64,000 nt of DNA, from assembly GCA_047285805.1 (NCBI GenBank), contig JBJBCN010000002.1, forward strand, positions 1,024,001-1,088,000, read 5' to 3'. The translations under genes were made by a program, and so were the position numbers. This DNA is from Synechococcus sp. Its GTDB lineage: Bacteria > Cyanobacteriota > Cyanobacteriia > PCC-6307 > Cyanobiaceae. This document shows, piece after piece, positions 46,025 through 57,658 of this stretch (position 1 is the stretch's first letter; every line of letters begins with the position of its first letter). The notes under the pieces are model-generated. The model made no database searches and had not been told where the DNA came from. It saw only the letters and a program-made list of their open reading frames with translations.

Positions 46025-47020
46025 GTGACCAGTTTCCTGACCGCAGAACGGGTCGATCAGGCAAGCATGGGCCACGACACCAAGCGCCTTCGGCTGTTCA
46101 GCGGCACCTCAAACCAGGCCCTGGCCCGCGAAATTGGGACCTATCTCGGGGTTCCGGATGGCCCGCGGGTGATCAAACGCTTTGCGGACGGCGAGCTCTA
46201 CATCCAGATCCAGGAATCGATCCGGGGCTGTGACGTCTTCCTGATCCAACCCACCTGCGCTCCGGTGAACGATCACCTAATGGAGCTGCTCGTGATGGTG
46301 GATGCCTGCAAACGTGCCTCGGCCCGGCAGATCACGGCGGTGATTCCCTATTACGGCTATGCCCGGGCCGACCGCAAGACGGCCGGACGCGAGTCCATCA
46401 CCGCCAAGCTTGTGGCCAACCTGCTCGCCAAGTCGGGTGTGGACCGGGTGCTGGCCATGGACCTGCACTCCGCCCAGATCCAGGGCTATTTCGATATTCC
46501 ATGCGACCACATCTACGGCTCACCGGTGCTGGTGGATTACCTCGCCGGCCGTGACCTCGGCGATGTCGTCGTGGTCTCCCCGGACGTTGGTGGTGTGGCC
46601 CGGGCCCGCGCCTTCGCCAAGCAACTCGGTGATGCCCCTCTGGCGATCATCGACAAGCGCCGCTCGGGCCACAACGTGGCCGAGAGCCTCACGGTGATCG
46701 GCGATGTGGCGGGCAAAACCGCGATCGTGATCGACGACATGATCGACACCGGCGGCACCATCTGCGCCGGCGCCCGCCTGCTACGCCAGAACGGCGCCAC
46801 GCAAGTGCTGGCCTGCGCCACACACGCCGTCTTTTCCCCACCTGCGGTGGAACGCCTGTCTGAGCCGGGGCTATTCGCGGAGGTGATCGTCACCAACTCC
46901 ATCCCCCTCAGCAAAGACCGCCGATTCCCGCAGCTTCAGGTGCTCTCGGTGGCCAACATGCTCGGTGAAGCGATCTGGCGCATCCACGATGAGAGCTCCG
47001 TGAGCTCGATGTTCCGTTGA
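46025..47020 (+). CDS. prs: ribose-phosphate pyrophosphokinase
   Basis: RFADGE, PYYGYARADRK, MDLHSAQIQGYF, VSPDVGG, IDDMIDTGGT; GTG 46025. Confidence 0.97.
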   Translation: MTSFLTAERVDQASMGHDTKRLRLFSGTSNQALAREIGTYLGVPDGPRVIKRFADGELYIQIQESIRGCDVFLIQPTCAPVNDHLMELLVMVDACKRASARQITAVIPYYGYARADRKTAGRESITAKLVANLLAKSGVDRVLAMDLHSAQIQGYFDIPCDHIYGSPVLVDYLAGRDLGDVVVVSPDVGGVARARAFAKQLGDAPLAIIDKRRSGHNVAESLTVIGDVAGKTAIVIDDMIDTGGTICAGARLLRQNGATQVLACATHAVFSPPAVERLSEPGLFAEVIVTNSIPLSKDRRFPQLQVLSVANMLGEAIWRIHDESSVSSMFR

Positions 47021-48141
47021 AGCGCAGGCTGGTTGGCCTGCTGCTCCTTGGACTGCTGGCCCCCCTTGCCACCCTGGCGAAGGAGCCGGAACCGAGACGA
47101 ATTGGCGCCTGGCTGACCAACAGCCCAAGCCCGCTGTACTACTCGAAGCAGCGGATCAACGAAGCCATTGAGGAGCTCAGTGCGGCGGGCTTTAACACCC
47201 TTTACCCCAACGTCTGGAGCCGCGGCACGACCTTCCACAGGAGCCGCTGGGCGCCGATGGAGCCAGCACTACTCCAGAGCGACCCCAATCTCGATCCGAT
47301 TTGCCGCTTCACTGAGGCAGCCCACCGGCGCGGCCTGCGGGTAATCCCCTGGTTTGAGTACGGCCTGATGGAGCCGGCGGATGCCGCGGTGGTCCGCGAG
47401 CACCCCGAATGGGTGCTGCAGAACAGCGCCGGTCAACGCAACGTGCCCATGCACGGCAAACAGATGGTCTGGCTCAACCCTGCTCACCCTGGTGTAAGGG
47501 AGCGGTTCCTCGGGCTGATCGGCGAGATCGTGCAGCGCTGCAAGGTCGATGGCATTCAGCTCGATGACCACTTCGCCTGGCCCGTGGAACTCGGGTACGA
47601 CCCTTACACCCGCGCGCTCTACCGCGAGGAGAACGGCCAAGAGCCGCCGGAGCGGCACACCGACCGGGCCTGGATGAACTGGCGGCGCCGCCAACTGACG
47701 GGTCTGTTGCGCGACTTACGACGCACGCTGAAGGAGAGCGGCCAAGGGAATCCCTACGTCAGCCTCTCCCCCGGCCCATTCCGCTTTGCCTACAACCACT
47801 GGCTACAGGACTGGGAAATCTGGGCCCTGGGGGGGCTGATCGATGAGCTGGTAGTGCAGAACTACGCCTATTCCTTGGCGGGGTTTCAAAAAGACCTGGA
47901 GCAGCCCGCGCTGACCAAATCGAGCAGCTGGGGCATCCCCGTGGAGATCGGCATCCTGGCGGGTTTTGGCGGACGGACAACACCGTTGCCGGAACTGAGT
48001 GAACGGGTCACATTGGCCGCAGCACGCGGCCACGGGGTCATTTATTTCTACTGGGAGGGCCTGTGGGGGACCCACGCCGGTCCGGAGGGAGCCGCCCTAC
48101 GGCGGGAAGGCCTGAAGCAGCTCCACCAGGCCCTGCCCTAG
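47017..48141 (+). CDS. secreted glycoside hydrolase-like 10 (GHL10/DUF187) protein
   Basis: Signal peptide, GAWLTN, GFNTLYP.VW, AHRRGLRVIPWFEYG, WLNPAHP, DGIQLDDHF. Confidence 0.85.
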   Translation: MKRRLVGLLLLGLLAPLATLAKEPEPRRIGAWLTNSPSPLYYSKQRINEAIEELSAAGFNTLYPNVWSRGTTFHRSRWAPMEPALLQSDPNLDPICRFTEAAHRRGLRVIPWFEYGLMEPADAAVVREHPEWVLQNSAGQRNVPMHGKQMVWLNPAHPGVRERFLGLIGEIVQRCKVDGIQLDDHFAWPVELGYDPYTRALYREENGQEPPERHTDRAWMNWRRRQLTGLLRDLRRTLKESGQGNPYVSLSPGPFRFAYNHWLQDWEIWALGGLIDELVVQNYAYSLAGFQKDLEQPALTKSSSWGIPVEIGILAGFGGRTTPLPELSERVTLAAARGHGVIYFYWEGLWGTHAGPEGAALRREGLKQLHQALP

Positions 48142-50846
48142 GCCAACTGCAAGCACTGATCCACCACTTCCCGGCTGTTCGGAGAGAGAGGGGCCGCGGA
48201 CAACTGCTTGAGGGCCTCCAGCATGCGCTCAGAGCGCGCCGAGCCGTAGCTCTGCCAGCGGCTGAAGACCTTGGCCATCCGCGACGCGGTAATCGGATTG
48301 CGCTGGTCCAAAACCGCAATTTGCTCGGCCATGAAGCGATAGCCGCTGCCATCGAGGGCGTGGAATTGGCTGACGTTGCCGGCAAAGCCCCCCAGGACCG
48401 CACGCAACGAGTTCGGTGCCGCCGGATCAAAACGGGGGTGATCTATCAGCTGCCGCACCCGCGCGACGCCATCCCCGAAGGGAGTAGCCGCCTCCAGACC
48501 AAACCAGGCATCCAGGATCACGGGCTTCTCCTGCCAGCGATCGTGGAACGCCTGCAGGGCCGCACTGCGCTCAGCGCTGTCGATGGACTGCAGCGCCCGC
48601 AGACCAGCCCTCGAGAGGGTCATCGACGGCCCTGAGACCGCCGCCGCTGCCTCGGCACGAACCCCAGCATCACCGGCCGCCACACGCAAACTCCAGATGG
48701 TGGCAGTGAGATCGCGATCGCCCACGCCCTCCGGCCAGTGCTGCTGCCACTGTTTACGGCAACTGGCTAAGACCGTCTCCAGCGGGCCCTTCAGCTGGTC
48801 ACCCAACCGGGCCCGCAGGGCTAAGACCGCCTCAAACAACGCCGGCGGATCCACCGTTCCATTCTGGGCCAGAGCCGCATCCTCCAGCTCCGGTAATCCG
48901 GGGGGAGCCATCAGGGCACTGCGGTACGAATCCCCCAGGTCCGCCTCCAGAAGGATCCGCTCAAAGGCGGCCATCAGGCCCTCCTCGAGCTCGTCATTGA
49001 TCGAGCCCGACGCTCGCTCCAACAGGGCCTGACGCAGCAGGACCTGGCCGGCATCCCAGCGGGCAAAGGATTCGCTGTCGCACGCGAGCAGATGCAGGAG
49101 CTCATTGATGGAGCGCTCCATCGCGACACGCACCGGGGCCGAGAAGCCGCGTGGCAAAGAGACCGCCGGTGGGTGGGAATGGGCCTCGAGCCCCACGAAC
49201 AGCAGGTCTTGCTCAGCGCGGTCGATCACAAAGAGGCGACTGGCGCTGCCCCATTCAGCGGGGAGCGTGGCTCCGACCACGTCTTGGGCGTGCTCCCCAG
49301 GCAACTGGAGGGGCAGCGGATCACCGCCTTGCCCCACCAGGCCAAGCACCAGGGGGATCACGACCGGCTCCTTCTGGGATTGTCCAGGGGTGGCTGGGGT
49401 GGTCTGACGCACGGTCAGCCTCAGGGTGCCGGCATCACCATCCCAGTGACGCTCGATTTGCAACTGGGGCGTGCCCGCCTGGCTGTACCAGCGGCGGAAC
49501 TGCTGAAAATCAAAACGGGGCAACGCTGCGCCAGCAGTCCAAGCCTGCTGAGCGGCATCTTCCATCGCTTGAACGAAGTCCTGACAGGTGGCGGCGGTGC
49601 CGTCATAACGGCTCACATAGAGAGCCATGCCCCGCATGAACGTCTCCTCACCCAACAGAGTGTGCAACACGCGGATGACTTCGGAGCCCTTCTCGTAAAT
49701 CGTCGTTGTATAGAAGTTGTCGATCGCCTGGTAGTGATTCGGCTGAATCGGATGGGCCGTCGGTCCCGCATCCTCCCGGAACTGGGTATTGCGCAGCAGG
49801 GCCACATCTTCAATGCGCTTCACCTCCGGTGAATGCAAATCCGCCGTGAAACTCCCGTCACGAAAGACTGTGAGTCCCTCCTTAAGCGAGAGCTGAAACC
49901 AGTCGCGGCAGGTGATGCGGTTGCCTGTCCAGTTGTGGAAGTACTCGTGGCCGATGACACTTTCAATGCGCTCTAGCTCGGCATCCGTAGCGGTCTCCGC
50001 ATCCGCAAGCACCAATTTGGAGTTGAAGATGTTGAGACTCTTGTTCTCCATCGCGCCCATGTTGAAGTGGCGCACCGCGACGAGATTGAACTCCTCGAGG
50101 TCGTACTCGAGGCCATAGCGGCGCTCATCCCAGGCCATAGAGCGCTTCAGGGAAGCCATCGCGTGGGCCGTGAAAGGCGCATCCCCAGGCTCGACATGAA
50201 TCCGAAGCTGAACCGTCCGGCCGCTGCAGGTGACGAATTGATCACGCACCTCCTCCAAGGCGCCCGCCACCAGGGCGAAAAGGTAGGAGGGCTTCGGGAA
50301 GGGATCGTCCCAGACGGCGTAGTGACGGCCGGGCTCCCCAGGGATCGCCCCCTTCTCCAGGCAGTTGCCGTTAGAGAGCAGCACCGGGCAGATGGCTTGA
50401 TCGGCTTCGATCCGCACCCGGAAACGACTCAGAAGATCAGGGCGGTCGGGATGGAAGGTGATCCGCCGAAAGCCCTCGGCCTCGCATTGGGTGGTGAAGA
50501 GGCCACCGCTTACGTAGAGCCCCTCAAGGCTGCTGTTGGTCTGGGGCTGGATCTTGACCCGGGTGCGCAGATGGAAGGCCGTGTCCGGTGGCGTCAGCAG
50601 CACCAACTTGCCGGGTTCCAGCCGATAGGCCTCCGGGGCGAGCAACTCGCCGTCCAGCTCAATCGAGAGCAGCTCCAGTTGTTCCCCCAAGAACTCCCAG
50701 GGAGCCGCCTCAGCGGCGGCTCCTGCGGGAATCAGGTGAAACTCGGCTTCGACCACGGTGTGATCGGCATACAGCTTGAACAACAGCTGGGTGTGATCGA
50801 TCGTGAACGGGGCCGGGCGGTAGTCAGCGAGGCGGACGGTGGCCAT
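48138..50846 (-). CDS. pepN: aminopeptidase N (M1 family)
   Basis: TQCEAEGFRRI, GAMENK, HEYFH..E Zn motif, NFYTTTIYEKG. Confidence 0.97.
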   Translation of the reverse strand: MATVRLADYRPAPFTIDHTQLLFKLYADHTVVEAEFHLIPAGAAAEAAPWEFLGEQLELLSIELDGELLAPEAYRLEPGKLVLLTPPDTAFHLRTRVKIQPQTNSSLEGLYVSGGLFTTQCEAEGFRRITFHPDRPDLLSRFRVRIEADQAICPVLLSNGNCLEKGAIPGEPGRHYAVWDDPFPKPSYLFALVAGALEEVRDQFVTCSGRTVQLRIHVEPGDAPFTAHAMASLKRSMAWDERRYGLEYDLEEFNLVAVRHFNMGAMENKSLNIFNSKLVLADAETATDAELERIESVIGHEYFHNWTGNRITCRDWFQLSLKEGLTVFRDGSFTADLHSPEVKRIEDVALLRNTQFREDAGPTAHPIQPNHYQAIDNFYTTTIYEKGSEVIRVLHTLLGEETFMRGMALYVSRYDGTAATCQDFVQAMEDAAQQAWTAGAALPRFDFQQFRRWYSQAGTPQLQIERHWDGDAGTLRLTVRQTTPATPGQSQKEPVVIPLVLGLVGQGGDPLPLQLPGEHAQDVVGATLPAEWGSASRLFVIDRAEQDLLFVGLEAHSHPPAVSLPRGFSAPVRVAMERSINELLHLLACDSESFARWDAGQVLLRQALLERASGSINDELEEGLMAAFERILLEADLGDSYRSALMAPPGLPELEDAALAQNGTVDPPALFEAVLALRARLGDQLKGPLETVLASCRKQWQQHWPEGVGDRDLTATIWSLRVAAGDAGVRAEAAAAVSGPSMTLSRAGLRALQSIDSAERSAALQAFHDRWQEKPVILDAWFGLEAATPFGDGVARVRQLIDHPRFDPAAPNSLRAVLGGFAGNVSQFHALDGSGYRFMAEQIAVLDQRNPITASRMAKVFSRWQSYGSARSERMLEALKQLSAAPLSPNSREVVDQCLQLA

Positions 50847-50858
50847 GCGGGGGAAGAA

Positions 50859-51366
50859 TCACCAAGGAAAGGGCCCCCGCCCCGTCACAACGCTGCAGCC
50901 CATCTGAGAGCCGAGCAGAGCACCAAGGGGGATCGCCCATGCCCGACCATCCTGGCGGGAGAGCGCATAGGCCGCCGCCCCTCCGGTTAAGCAGCCCAAG
51001 AGTCTTCCCGTGTTGCAACGCTGCGGCGTGGAGCGGACCTGACGCCAGGGTTCTTGCTCGTTGAAGGGCGATTCACGCACATCGCCTGCTGGAGCGTGCG
51101 GAGCGGCTGAGCATCGCTTATTGGCTTTCAGATTGGCGCGATGCCAGCGCTCGGAATGGTGTTGACGCCAATGCTGAGAACGTGACCAGGGGCGCTCAGC
51201 CTTGAGCTGCCCGGATGCCAGCGGTGCTCCTGCCGGCCATTGCGCTACCAGCGCGCGAAGTGGGCCAAGGCCGGCGTCGGCAGAAGGCTCACTAGAGGGG
51301 TGTGGCCGCGCAAACCTGCAAGAGCGATCGTCCGCTGCGCAGACCGAAGCGAGAAGAGAAGGTCAT
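50859..51366 (-). pseudogene. secreted glycine-zipper protein, apparently disrupted
   Basis: C-terminal CNTGRLLGCLTGGAAAYALSRQDGRAWAIPLGALLGSQMGC; ATG 51366 and signal-like LVSLLPTPALAH lie in two other frames, each ending in a stop. Confidence 0.55.
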
Positions 51367-51458
51367 CAAAGGAGTTCAAATCGGGGACCTCTCCAGACAA
51401 CCTCCGCTGAAGCACAGATCTCTAACTGAGGCCGGCCTGACCTACGACCAGATGCGAC

Positions 51459-51872
51459 TCAAGGCTTTTTGACTGGGGCCTTGGGTTGGGCGGTGCGTCC
51501 TTTCACCGCTTCTTCCACCTTGGCTTTGACATCAACCGGCACCTCATTGGGGCAAACCTCAACGGCACCAAGGACGGCCGAATTAATCGAGCCCCGGCGC
51601 AGCTCTTCGATGGACAGAGGCTTGGTGCCCACCTGTGCAATCTGCGACTGGTGCCCGCCCTGTATCACCTGGGCGATCGTTTCACCGGCGATCGCTACAG
51701 CTTTGTCAAATTCGATGTCCGCCGCGCGGGCGATGCAGACATTAAGGGCCGCGATGCGCGTATAGAGGTTCATCTCCGCCTCAGTGGCCGGGGCAGCTTG
51801 AGCCGAGAGCGGTGCGATCCAGAGGACCAATGGCAGGATCAGCAGACCGAATTGGCTTCGAGACAAACGCAC
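51459..51872 (-). CDS. conserved secreted picocyanobacterial protein
   Basis: Signal peptide ending AQA, APATEAEMNLY, two Cys (LNVC, EVCP). Confidence 0.75.
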   Translation of the reverse strand: MRLSRSQFGLLILPLVLWIAPLSAQAAPATEAEMNLYTRIAALNVCIARAADIEFDKAVAIAGETIAQVIQGGHQSQIAQVGTKPLSIEELRRGSINSAVLGAVEVCPNEVPVDVKAKVEEAVKGRTAQPKAPVKKP

Positions 51873-51915
51873 GAGAGAATCAGCAACCGCCTGTTAATCC
51901 TGCTGCATCACTGAA

Positions 51916-52452
51916 CTAGCTCTCGCCGCGCAAAGGCGCTCCGGCTTCTTCGACACGAATTTCGTGGTGGGTTTCCACCAATTCAAGATTTCCATCGCGC
52001 CAGGAGTAGATGGTGCGCGCCCTGAGCTGATCTTGATTCACAAGGCGGATGTACTCGAGGATGTCCCATTCCTGGTAGTGGGACTCGAAGACAACCTCAT
52101 GCTCATCCGCCTGGCGGACCTGACTCTTGGTCGGTGACCCGCAGAGGTAACCACGACTACGGCGCAGCTGATGGCCGCACAAAGTTGCTTCCATCGTGCC
52201 TTCGCGGACGTAAAGGGGCTTGATCTCAAAGAAGTCGTATTCCTTTTCAGGCCACCACGTGAAGCGATAGCGCGGCTCAGATTCCGCCTGGTCCTCGAAC
52301 GTTTCGACCCGAAGGAGCATGTCGACCCGCAGCACCTCATCGTCGGGGAAAAAATATTGCCTGCGTGAGCGCCATAAACCGAGATTGCGGTTAAACCAGC
52401 GCCGCAGGGTCGTATCAAATTGGATGCGTCCAGTTCTTGGCACTGAAGGCAT
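51916..52452 (-). CDS. CpcS/CpeS-like (lipocalin-fold) bilin lyase homolog
   Basis: GLWRSRRQY, LRRSRGY, FESHY, EYIRL..LRAR, HEIR align by eye to CpcS-type motifs; ATG 52452. Confidence 0.55.
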   Translation of the reverse strand: MPSVPRTGRIQFDTTLRRWFNRNLGLWRSRRQYFFPDDEVLRVDMLLRVETFEDQAESEPRYRFTWWPEKEYDFFEIKPLYVREGTMEATLCGHQLRRSRGYLCGSPTKSQVRQADEHEVVFESHYQEWDILEYIRLVNQDQLRARTIYSWRDGNLELVETHHEIRVEEAGAPLRGES

Positions 52453-52606
52453 CGACGAGACCGGACTGACCCGAGTCGATAGTTCCCGTCGATAGACCAC
52501 TGGGACTTATCAGACAACGACTCATCACAGTCGTCATAGCGAGGCCGGCAGGACTTGCAAAACCCCCATAACGTGAAACCACAATTTCTCCAGGTTTCAC
52601 CCTCCG

Positions 52607-53827
52607 GTGCACTCTGCTGGGGAACAGATCCCCGACGGAAACGAGTCAATCCGCAGGATCCCTGCGGAAGGCCCTGTCGCGCCTATCGATCGAGCAGCTG
52701 AAGAACAGCTCTCGCTCGACGACGAGGACTCAGCGCAACGTCGACATCTGAAGTTGCTCCTGGTGGCTGGAACCCGCCATCGGGCCAGCGCTGATGTCAG
52801 GAGCCTCGTTGCGTTTCTCGAAAAGGAGGATTTTGGCTTTAGAATGAGCCTGGAACTCGCTGATCCGGCTCAACGGCCCGAGCTCCTCGAGTTACACCGC
52901 TTGGTGGCCACCCCGGCGCTCATCAAGCTCGAGCCGGCACCCAAACAGGTGTTTGCAGGAAACATGCTCCTGCAACAGCTCCGCAACTGGTTGCCGCGCT
53001 GGCAGCAACTGGAGGTGGTTAGCGGGCTCGGCATGAGCCTTCGACCAGCGGAGAGCGACGGCAGCCGGACCCAACGGGAACTGCAACTCGAAGACCAGGT
53101 CTTGGTTTTACGCCAAGAAAACGAAACCCTGATCGAGCGGCTGCGCGGCCAAGAGCGACTGCTGCGGATGGTGGCCCACGAACTGCGCACCCCCCTCACG
53201 GCATCCAAGCTGGCCCTGCAAAGCTTGAACCTCGGGCAGATCGATCAAACACGCTTTCGCGATGTGCTCGATCGACGCCTCGACGACATTGAGCAGTTGT
53301 CTAAAGACCTCTTGGAGGTCGGGACCACCCGCTGGGAGGCCCTCTTCAACCCACAGCGCATCGCCCTCGGCCCCTTGGCCGCTGAAGCGATCCTCGAACT
53401 GGAGAAACGCTGGGTCGGTCGAGGGCTCGAACTGATCACCGACATCCCCAGCGACCTGCCGGATGTCTATGCCGACCAACGGCGGATGCGTCAGGTCTTC
53501 CTAAACCTCCTCGAGAACGCCTTCAAGTACACGCCGGATGGCGGGAAGGTGCGAATGGCGATTTTCCACCGCACCAGCCAGTGGATTGAGGTCAGTGTTT
53601 GCGATTCCGGCCCGGGGATTCCCGTGGATGAGCAAGAACGGATCTTTCAGGATCGCGTGCGCTTACCCCAGACCTCCTCGACCACATCAGGCTTTGGGGT
53701 GGGGCTCTCGGTCTGCAGACGTATCACGGAAGTCCATGGCGGTCGCATCTGGGTGGTCTCCGAGCCCGATGAAGGCGCCTGCTTTTACTTCACGGTATCC
53801 GTCTGGGACGGCCAGGGAGTCAGTTGA
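52607..53827 (+). CDS. sasA: circadian output sensor histidine kinase SasA
   Basis: KaiB-like N-domain ([28 protein letters not shown]), [12 protein letters not shown]-box, [22 protein letters not shown]. Confidence 0.95.
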   Translation: MHSAGEQIPDGNESIRRIPAEGPVAPIDRAAEEQLSLDDEDSAQRRHLKLLLVAGTRHRASADVRSLVAFLEKEDFGFRMSLELADPAQRPELLELHRLVATPALIKLEPAPKQVFAGNMLLQQLRNWLPRWQQLEVVSGLGMSLRPAESDGSRTQRELQLEDQVLVLRQENETLIERLRGQERLLRMVAHELRTPLTASKLALQSLNLGQIDQTRFRDVLDRRLDDIEQLSKDLLEVGTTRWEALFNPQRIALGPLAAEAILELEKRWVGRGLELITDIPSDLPDVYADQRRMRQVFLNLLENAFKYTPDGGKVRMAIFHRTSQWIEVSVCDSGPGIPVDEQERIFQDRVRLPQTSSTTSGFGVGLSVCRRITEVHGGRIWVVSEPDEGACFYFTVSVWDGQGVS

Positions 53828-53847
53828 GTTGCAGGTCATGACCTTGA

Positions 53848-53877
53848 TTGACGAAGGGCCCCTCTGCCCCGTAACTT
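53848..53877 (+). promoter_or_regulatory. sigma70-type promoter for tRNA-Glu
   Basis: TTGACG-N18-TAACTT, about 73 nt upstream of the tRNA. Confidence 0.6.
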
Positions 53878-53950
53878 CTTTCCATCGGGCGCGGCTATCA
53901 AACGCCAAGCACTGCAAGGGAACTTGAGTTCACCTAGCAACCGAGTCCTA

Positions 53951-54023
53951 GCCCCCATCGTCTAGAGGCCTAGGACACCTCCCTTTCACGGAGGCGACAG
54001 GGGTTCGAATCCCCTTGGGGGTA
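53951..54023 (+). tRNA. tRNA-Glu(TTC)
   Basis: GCCCCCATCGTCTAGAGGCCTAGGACACCTCCCTTTCACGGAGG...GTTCGAATCCCCTTGGGGGTA. Confidence 0.98.
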
Positions 54024-54031
54024 TCCAAAGC

Positions 54032-54056
54032 AAAGGCGGCTTCGGCCGCTTTTTTT
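54032..54056 (+). terminator. intrinsic terminator after tRNA-Glu
   Basis: GCGGC-TTCG-GCCGC with a T7 tail. Confidence 0.9.
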
Positions 54057-54103
54057 GTGTCCCAATGCGTGCAGCTCAAGAGCTCTCCATGGAGCGAGGG
54101 GAA

Positions 54104-54754
54104 TCAGACCGTGGCTTGCCTGCGCTGGGCCTCGGCCTGCACTGCCCGCAGATTGGCCGCCAGATCTTCCTGCAGGCGCTGTTCAATCAAGCCAATCGGC
54201 ATGCCGACGCAGCCTTGAACCGTGAGCTCGTAGAGCAAGGTCGTGGTCTCACCATCTGAGCCGATGGTCCACACCCCATCGAAACGGCGGAAATCACCTT
54301 TGAGCATGGTGAAGGTGAGCTGCCGGGATTCGGGGTGCTCGGTGAGTTCCAGCTGCACCCGCGCTTTGAACTGCATCCCCATGAAGCGCTGGGCTCCCTC
54401 CTGCTCAAGGCCAACCACGGCGCCATGGCGCCAGAGCAGGCGGGAGGTCTGGAGATTGGGAATGAACTGGCTCAGCCGGTCGTAATCGGTGAGGACCGCC
54501 CAGATCGAGTTTGGATTGATCGCTAAGCGCAGTTGCACCGCCAACCTGCGGGTCCCCCCCGGTAAGCGCTCCATTTCCTGCTGGATGGTGTCGAGCGGGC
54601 AAACTACTTGGCCTGAGGTCGCTGCATCCAGCGTTTCGCTCAGCGATTCGGTCGAATCCGGTGGCACCGACAACTGGGTCAAGGATTGCGCCGGGGGCTC
54701 AAGCTCAAGAAGCGTCAACCTAACCCGCTCCGGAATGCAACGGGGGGCGCTCAA
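54104..54754 (-). CDS. SRPBCC / polyketide cyclase-dehydrase family protein
   Basis: IWAVLTDYDRLSQFIPNL..S, F.MLKGDFRRFDGVW, L.YEL; true start probably downstream of 54754. Confidence 0.85.
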   Translation of the reverse strand: MSAPRCIPERVRLTLLELEPPAQSLTQLSVPPDSTESLSETLDAATSGQVVCPLDTIQQEMERLPGGTRRLAVQLRLAINPNSIWAVLTDYDRLSQFIPNLQTSRLLWRHGAVVGLEQEGAQRFMGMQFKARVQLELTEHPESRQLTFTMLKGDFRRFDGVWTIGSDGETTTLLYELTVQGCVGMPIGLIEQRLQEDLAANLRAVQAEAQRRQATV

Positions 54755-54789
54755 GACCCAGAATTACTTATGATCGCGCGCGTTCGTAG

Positions 54790-55980
<1,191 letters not shown>

Positions 55981-56007
55981 GCCTCCAGCTCAGGTCAGCC
56001 TTTGCTC

Positions 56008-56034
56008 AAAAGCCCGCCGAGGCGGGCTTTTTTT
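56008..56034 (+). terminator. intrinsic terminator after petH
   Basis: AAAAGCCCGCC-GA-GGCGGGC followed by a T7 run. Confidence 0.85.
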
Positions 56035-56095
56035 GTGACTACTCGCTGCCGAGCTCAGGAACCGCCGTTAAACCAAGGGCACGCGCGCCTTGCCC

Positions 56096-57619
56096 ATGCC
56101 GGCCCAGCAAACCAACCCCCTCCGGGTCGGCCTTCGACAGGAGCGCGTCATCTCGCCGCAGTGCTTGGTGATCTTCGGGGCGAGCGGCGACCTCACCCAC
56201 CGCAAGTTAATTCCGGCGCTATTCGAGCTATACCGGCAACGGCGCCTACCCACTGAATTCGCGATCCTCGGCTGCGCACGGCGGCCCTGGAGTGATGAGG
56301 ACTTCCGGGCACGGATGGCCGAAGCGATGGCCCGCGAAATCCAGCAGCACCAAAGCGCCTGGGAGCAATTCAGCGGCTGCCTCTTCTATGAGCCAGTGGA
56401 CCTGCAAAAGGACGAGGACGTCGTCAGCTTGGGCACCCGGCTTGAGGCCCTGGATCGCCTGAGGGCGACCCGGGGCAACCGCACCTTTTATCTCTCCGTT
56501 TCACCGGCCTTCTACGGCAGTGGTTGCCGGGCCCTGGCCAAGGCCGGACTGCTTCAAGACCCCAGCCGCAGCCGGGTCGTCATCGAGAAACCCTTTGGCA
56601 CGGACTACAGCAGTGCCCAAACCCTGAACCGGATCGTTCAGAACTGCGGGAAGGAATCCCAGATCTTCCGCATCGACCACTATCTGGGCAAAGAGACCGT
56701 TCAGAACATCCTGGTCTTGCGTTTCGCGAACGCGATCTTCGAGCCGATCTGGAACCGGAACTACATCTCCAGCGTCCAGATCACGGCCGCGGAGACCGTC
56801 GGCGTCGAGGAGCGGGCTGGGTATTACGAGACCAGCGGTGCCCTGCGGGACATGGTGCAAAACCACCTCACCCAAATGCTTGCCCTGACCGCCATGGAAG
56901 CGCCGGGCCACTTCGACCCAGAGGCGATTCGAAACGAGAAAGCCAAGGTCCTGCAGGCGGCCCGCCTGGCCAATGAGGACGAGCCCTGGAAATGCTGTGT
57001 CCGCGGTCAGTACAGCCGCGGCGGCAGCCCCGCTAGCCCCATGGCGGGCTACCGGGAGGAGCCGGGTGTGAATCCCCAAAGCACTACCGAAACCTATGTC
57101 GCGATGAAGCTCTTTGTCGACAACTGGCGTTGGCAAGGGGTCCCCTTCTACCTGCGCACGGGCAAACGTCTCCCCAAACGCCTCTCGGAAGTCGTGCTGA
57201 CCTTCCGCAAGGCTCCCGTCCAACTCTTCGATGCAGCGGGGGGAACGCCGACGGCGAACCAACTGGTGCTGCGGATCCAGCCGGATGAGGGGGCTGGCTT
57301 TGTCTTTGACGTCAAAGCACCGGGATCGGGCATGCGCAGCCGACCCGTCGACATGCACTTCAGCTACGACGAAAGCTTCGGCGAGCCCTCGGATGAGGGC
57401 TATGTGCGGCTTCTAGCCGACGCGATGCTCGGTGATCCCACCCTGTTCACCCGCAGCGATGAGGTAGAGGCGGCCTGGAGGCTCTACACGCCGCTGCTCG
57501 AACTGATTGAAGAAGCCCCAGCGCGTCTCCCGGTACACCCCTACGAAGCGCGGACCTGGGGGCCCGCTGCCTCTGACTCACTGCTGGCCGAGGACGGCCT
57601 GATGTGGCGACGCCCGTAA
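56096..57619 (+). CDS. zwf: glucose-6-phosphate 1-dehydrogenase
   Basis: IFGASGDL, EKPFG, RIDHYLGKETV, RDMVQNHL, RWQGVPFYLRTGK. Confidence 0.97.
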   Translation: MPAQQTNPLRVGLRQERVISPQCLVIFGASGDLTHRKLIPALFELYRQRRLPTEFAILGCARRPWSDEDFRARMAEAMAREIQQHQSAWEQFSGCLFYEPVDLQKDEDVVSLGTRLEALDRLRATRGNRTFYLSVSPAFYGSGCRALAKAGLLQDPSRSRVVIEKPFGTDYSSAQTLNRIVQNCGKESQIFRIDHYLGKETVQNILVLRFANAIFEPIWNRNYISSVQITAAETVGVEERAGYYETSGALRDMVQNHLTQMLALTAMEAPGHFDPEAIRNEKAKVLQAARLANEDEPWKCCVRGQYSRGGSPASPMAGYREEPGVNPQSTTETYVAMKLFVDNWRWQGVPFYLRTGKRLPKRLSEVVLTFRKAPVQLFDAAGGTPTANQLVLRIQPDEGAGFVFDVKAPGSGMRSRPVDMHFSYDESFGEPSDEGYVRLLADAMLGDPTLFTRSDEVEAAWRLYTPLLELIEEAPARLPVHPYEARTWGPAASDSLLAEDGLMWRRP

Positions 57620-57658
57620 CCCTCCTGCCTTTCGTCGTTCTCTTCTTCAGCGATCCCC

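Noticed and set aside
53951..54104. tRNA-Glu as a genomic island integration site
   Set aside because: It is followed directly by a terminator and core genes; no integrase and no duplicated tRNA 3' end seen in the window
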